64,000 bases of DNA from Mobula hypostoma. Lineage: Eukaryota. The translations under genes and the position numbers were made by a program. The notes below the pieces were generated by a model, which worked only from the letters and a program-made list of their open reading frames with translations, was not told the DNA's origin and searched no databases. Where the stretch lies: positions 122,760,001 to 122,824,000 of the forward strand of contig NC_086105.1 of NCBI RefSeq assembly GCF_963921235.1. Reading direction: 5' to 3'. Positions 63,271-64,000 of the stretch are shown piece by piece (position 1 is the stretch's first letter; every line of letters begins with the position of its first letter).

Positions 63271-63891
63271 CACATTCTGTCATTGTCATCAAAGCAGAAC
63301 GTTATTGCTTATAAATCTTAACAGTAGTTGACCATGACAAATTGGCCTCATCTACTGACAATAATGGTCAACTACTGACAATACTTTTTGTAGTTAAGTC
63401 TCCTATTTTTTGAACTACTTCAACATTATCCTTCCATTTCTATGGACAATGCAACGTGAAGAAGTAAGGTTACTTTGATCCACTGGATAGAGCTCTTTGA
63501 GTCTGAATCTTATGGGATCCTGTCAGAACAATGTGACCTCTCGATGATTCTGGGGTATGTTAAAAATGTGGTAAGAAATGAGTGACTTGTTAATTTCAAT
63601 TGAAAGGCAAAACATACTGGGCACCTTGACAAGTTAGGGTGCTGCAAACATTTGAGCAATTAGAGACTGTTTGGCAGCCATACCCACAATATCAGAAACA
63701 CATTTTTACGTGTGTCCTCAGCCTATGGTGTACCTGTGCTTATGAACATAAGGGAGTACCACAGAACATACATATATACATAAAGATGAAGACTGACAAA
63801 GTAGGTGAACTGATAAAATGATGTACAGTAGATCTGTAGAATTTGTATATATGCCCATTTTGACTCATCTTCAAAATTCTCTTTTTTTTAG

Positions 63892-63969
63892 GCACCAGCT
63901 TATTCATTATTGAAGAATGTAATACAAGTTGGATGCAAGGCTGCAATCTATATATCTGAACGGATTTAA
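63892..63969 (+). CDS. COQ7: COQ7 coding exon 5 (last)
   Basis: ttttAG then APAYSLLKNVIQVGCKAAIYISERI-TAA. Confidence 0.97.
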   Translation, partial: APAYSLLKNVIQVGCKAAIYISERI

Positions 63970-64000
63970 ACACTTCCTCCGTAAAATTAGTGCTTCTCTG

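Noticed and set aside
1-64000. CRISPR array or prokaryotic operon/defence system
   Set aside because: Spliced vertebrate genes and LINE/LTR repeats throughout; the recurring motifs are dispersed PLE termini, not regularly spaced repeats with spacers.

Overview
Eukaryotic, repeat-rich vertebrate genomic DNA. The repeat repertoire points to a cartilaginous fish, probably a ray (inference). Two host genes lie head-to-head around a CpG-richer promoter at about 52.25-52.72 kb. The first is a complete COQ7 on the + strand (5 coding exons, 52720-63969, 216 aa). The second, on the - strand, I cannot name; I assembled it by hand as 12 phase-compatible exons (52251 to 20700, about 416 codons) encoding one clear PLAT/LH2 domain, with an in-frame TGA at the first splice junction and an unresolved 3' end. 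The rest is mostly nested mobile DNA: Tc1 transposons, a full-length and a truncated L1, CR1, Rex1/Babar, RTE, a full Gypsy LTR element, solo LTRs, SINEs and many Penelope-like (PLE) pieces. The most notable signals are RNA structures inside these repeats. (a) A 560-bp non-autonomous RTE-type element whose 5' end folds into an HDV-like ribozyme with an unusual hairpin inserted in L3, in sense orientation in an intron of the PLAT gene. (b) More than 10 minimal type-I hammerhead motifs in PLE termini, many in fold-back insertions with 12-14-bp target duplications. (c) A twin-priming-type 5' inversion of an RTE. (d) A Gypsy element with no tRNA primer-binding site; that position is instead complementary to its own LTR poly(A)-signal region. 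All structures were read by eye; no searches or folding programs were run.
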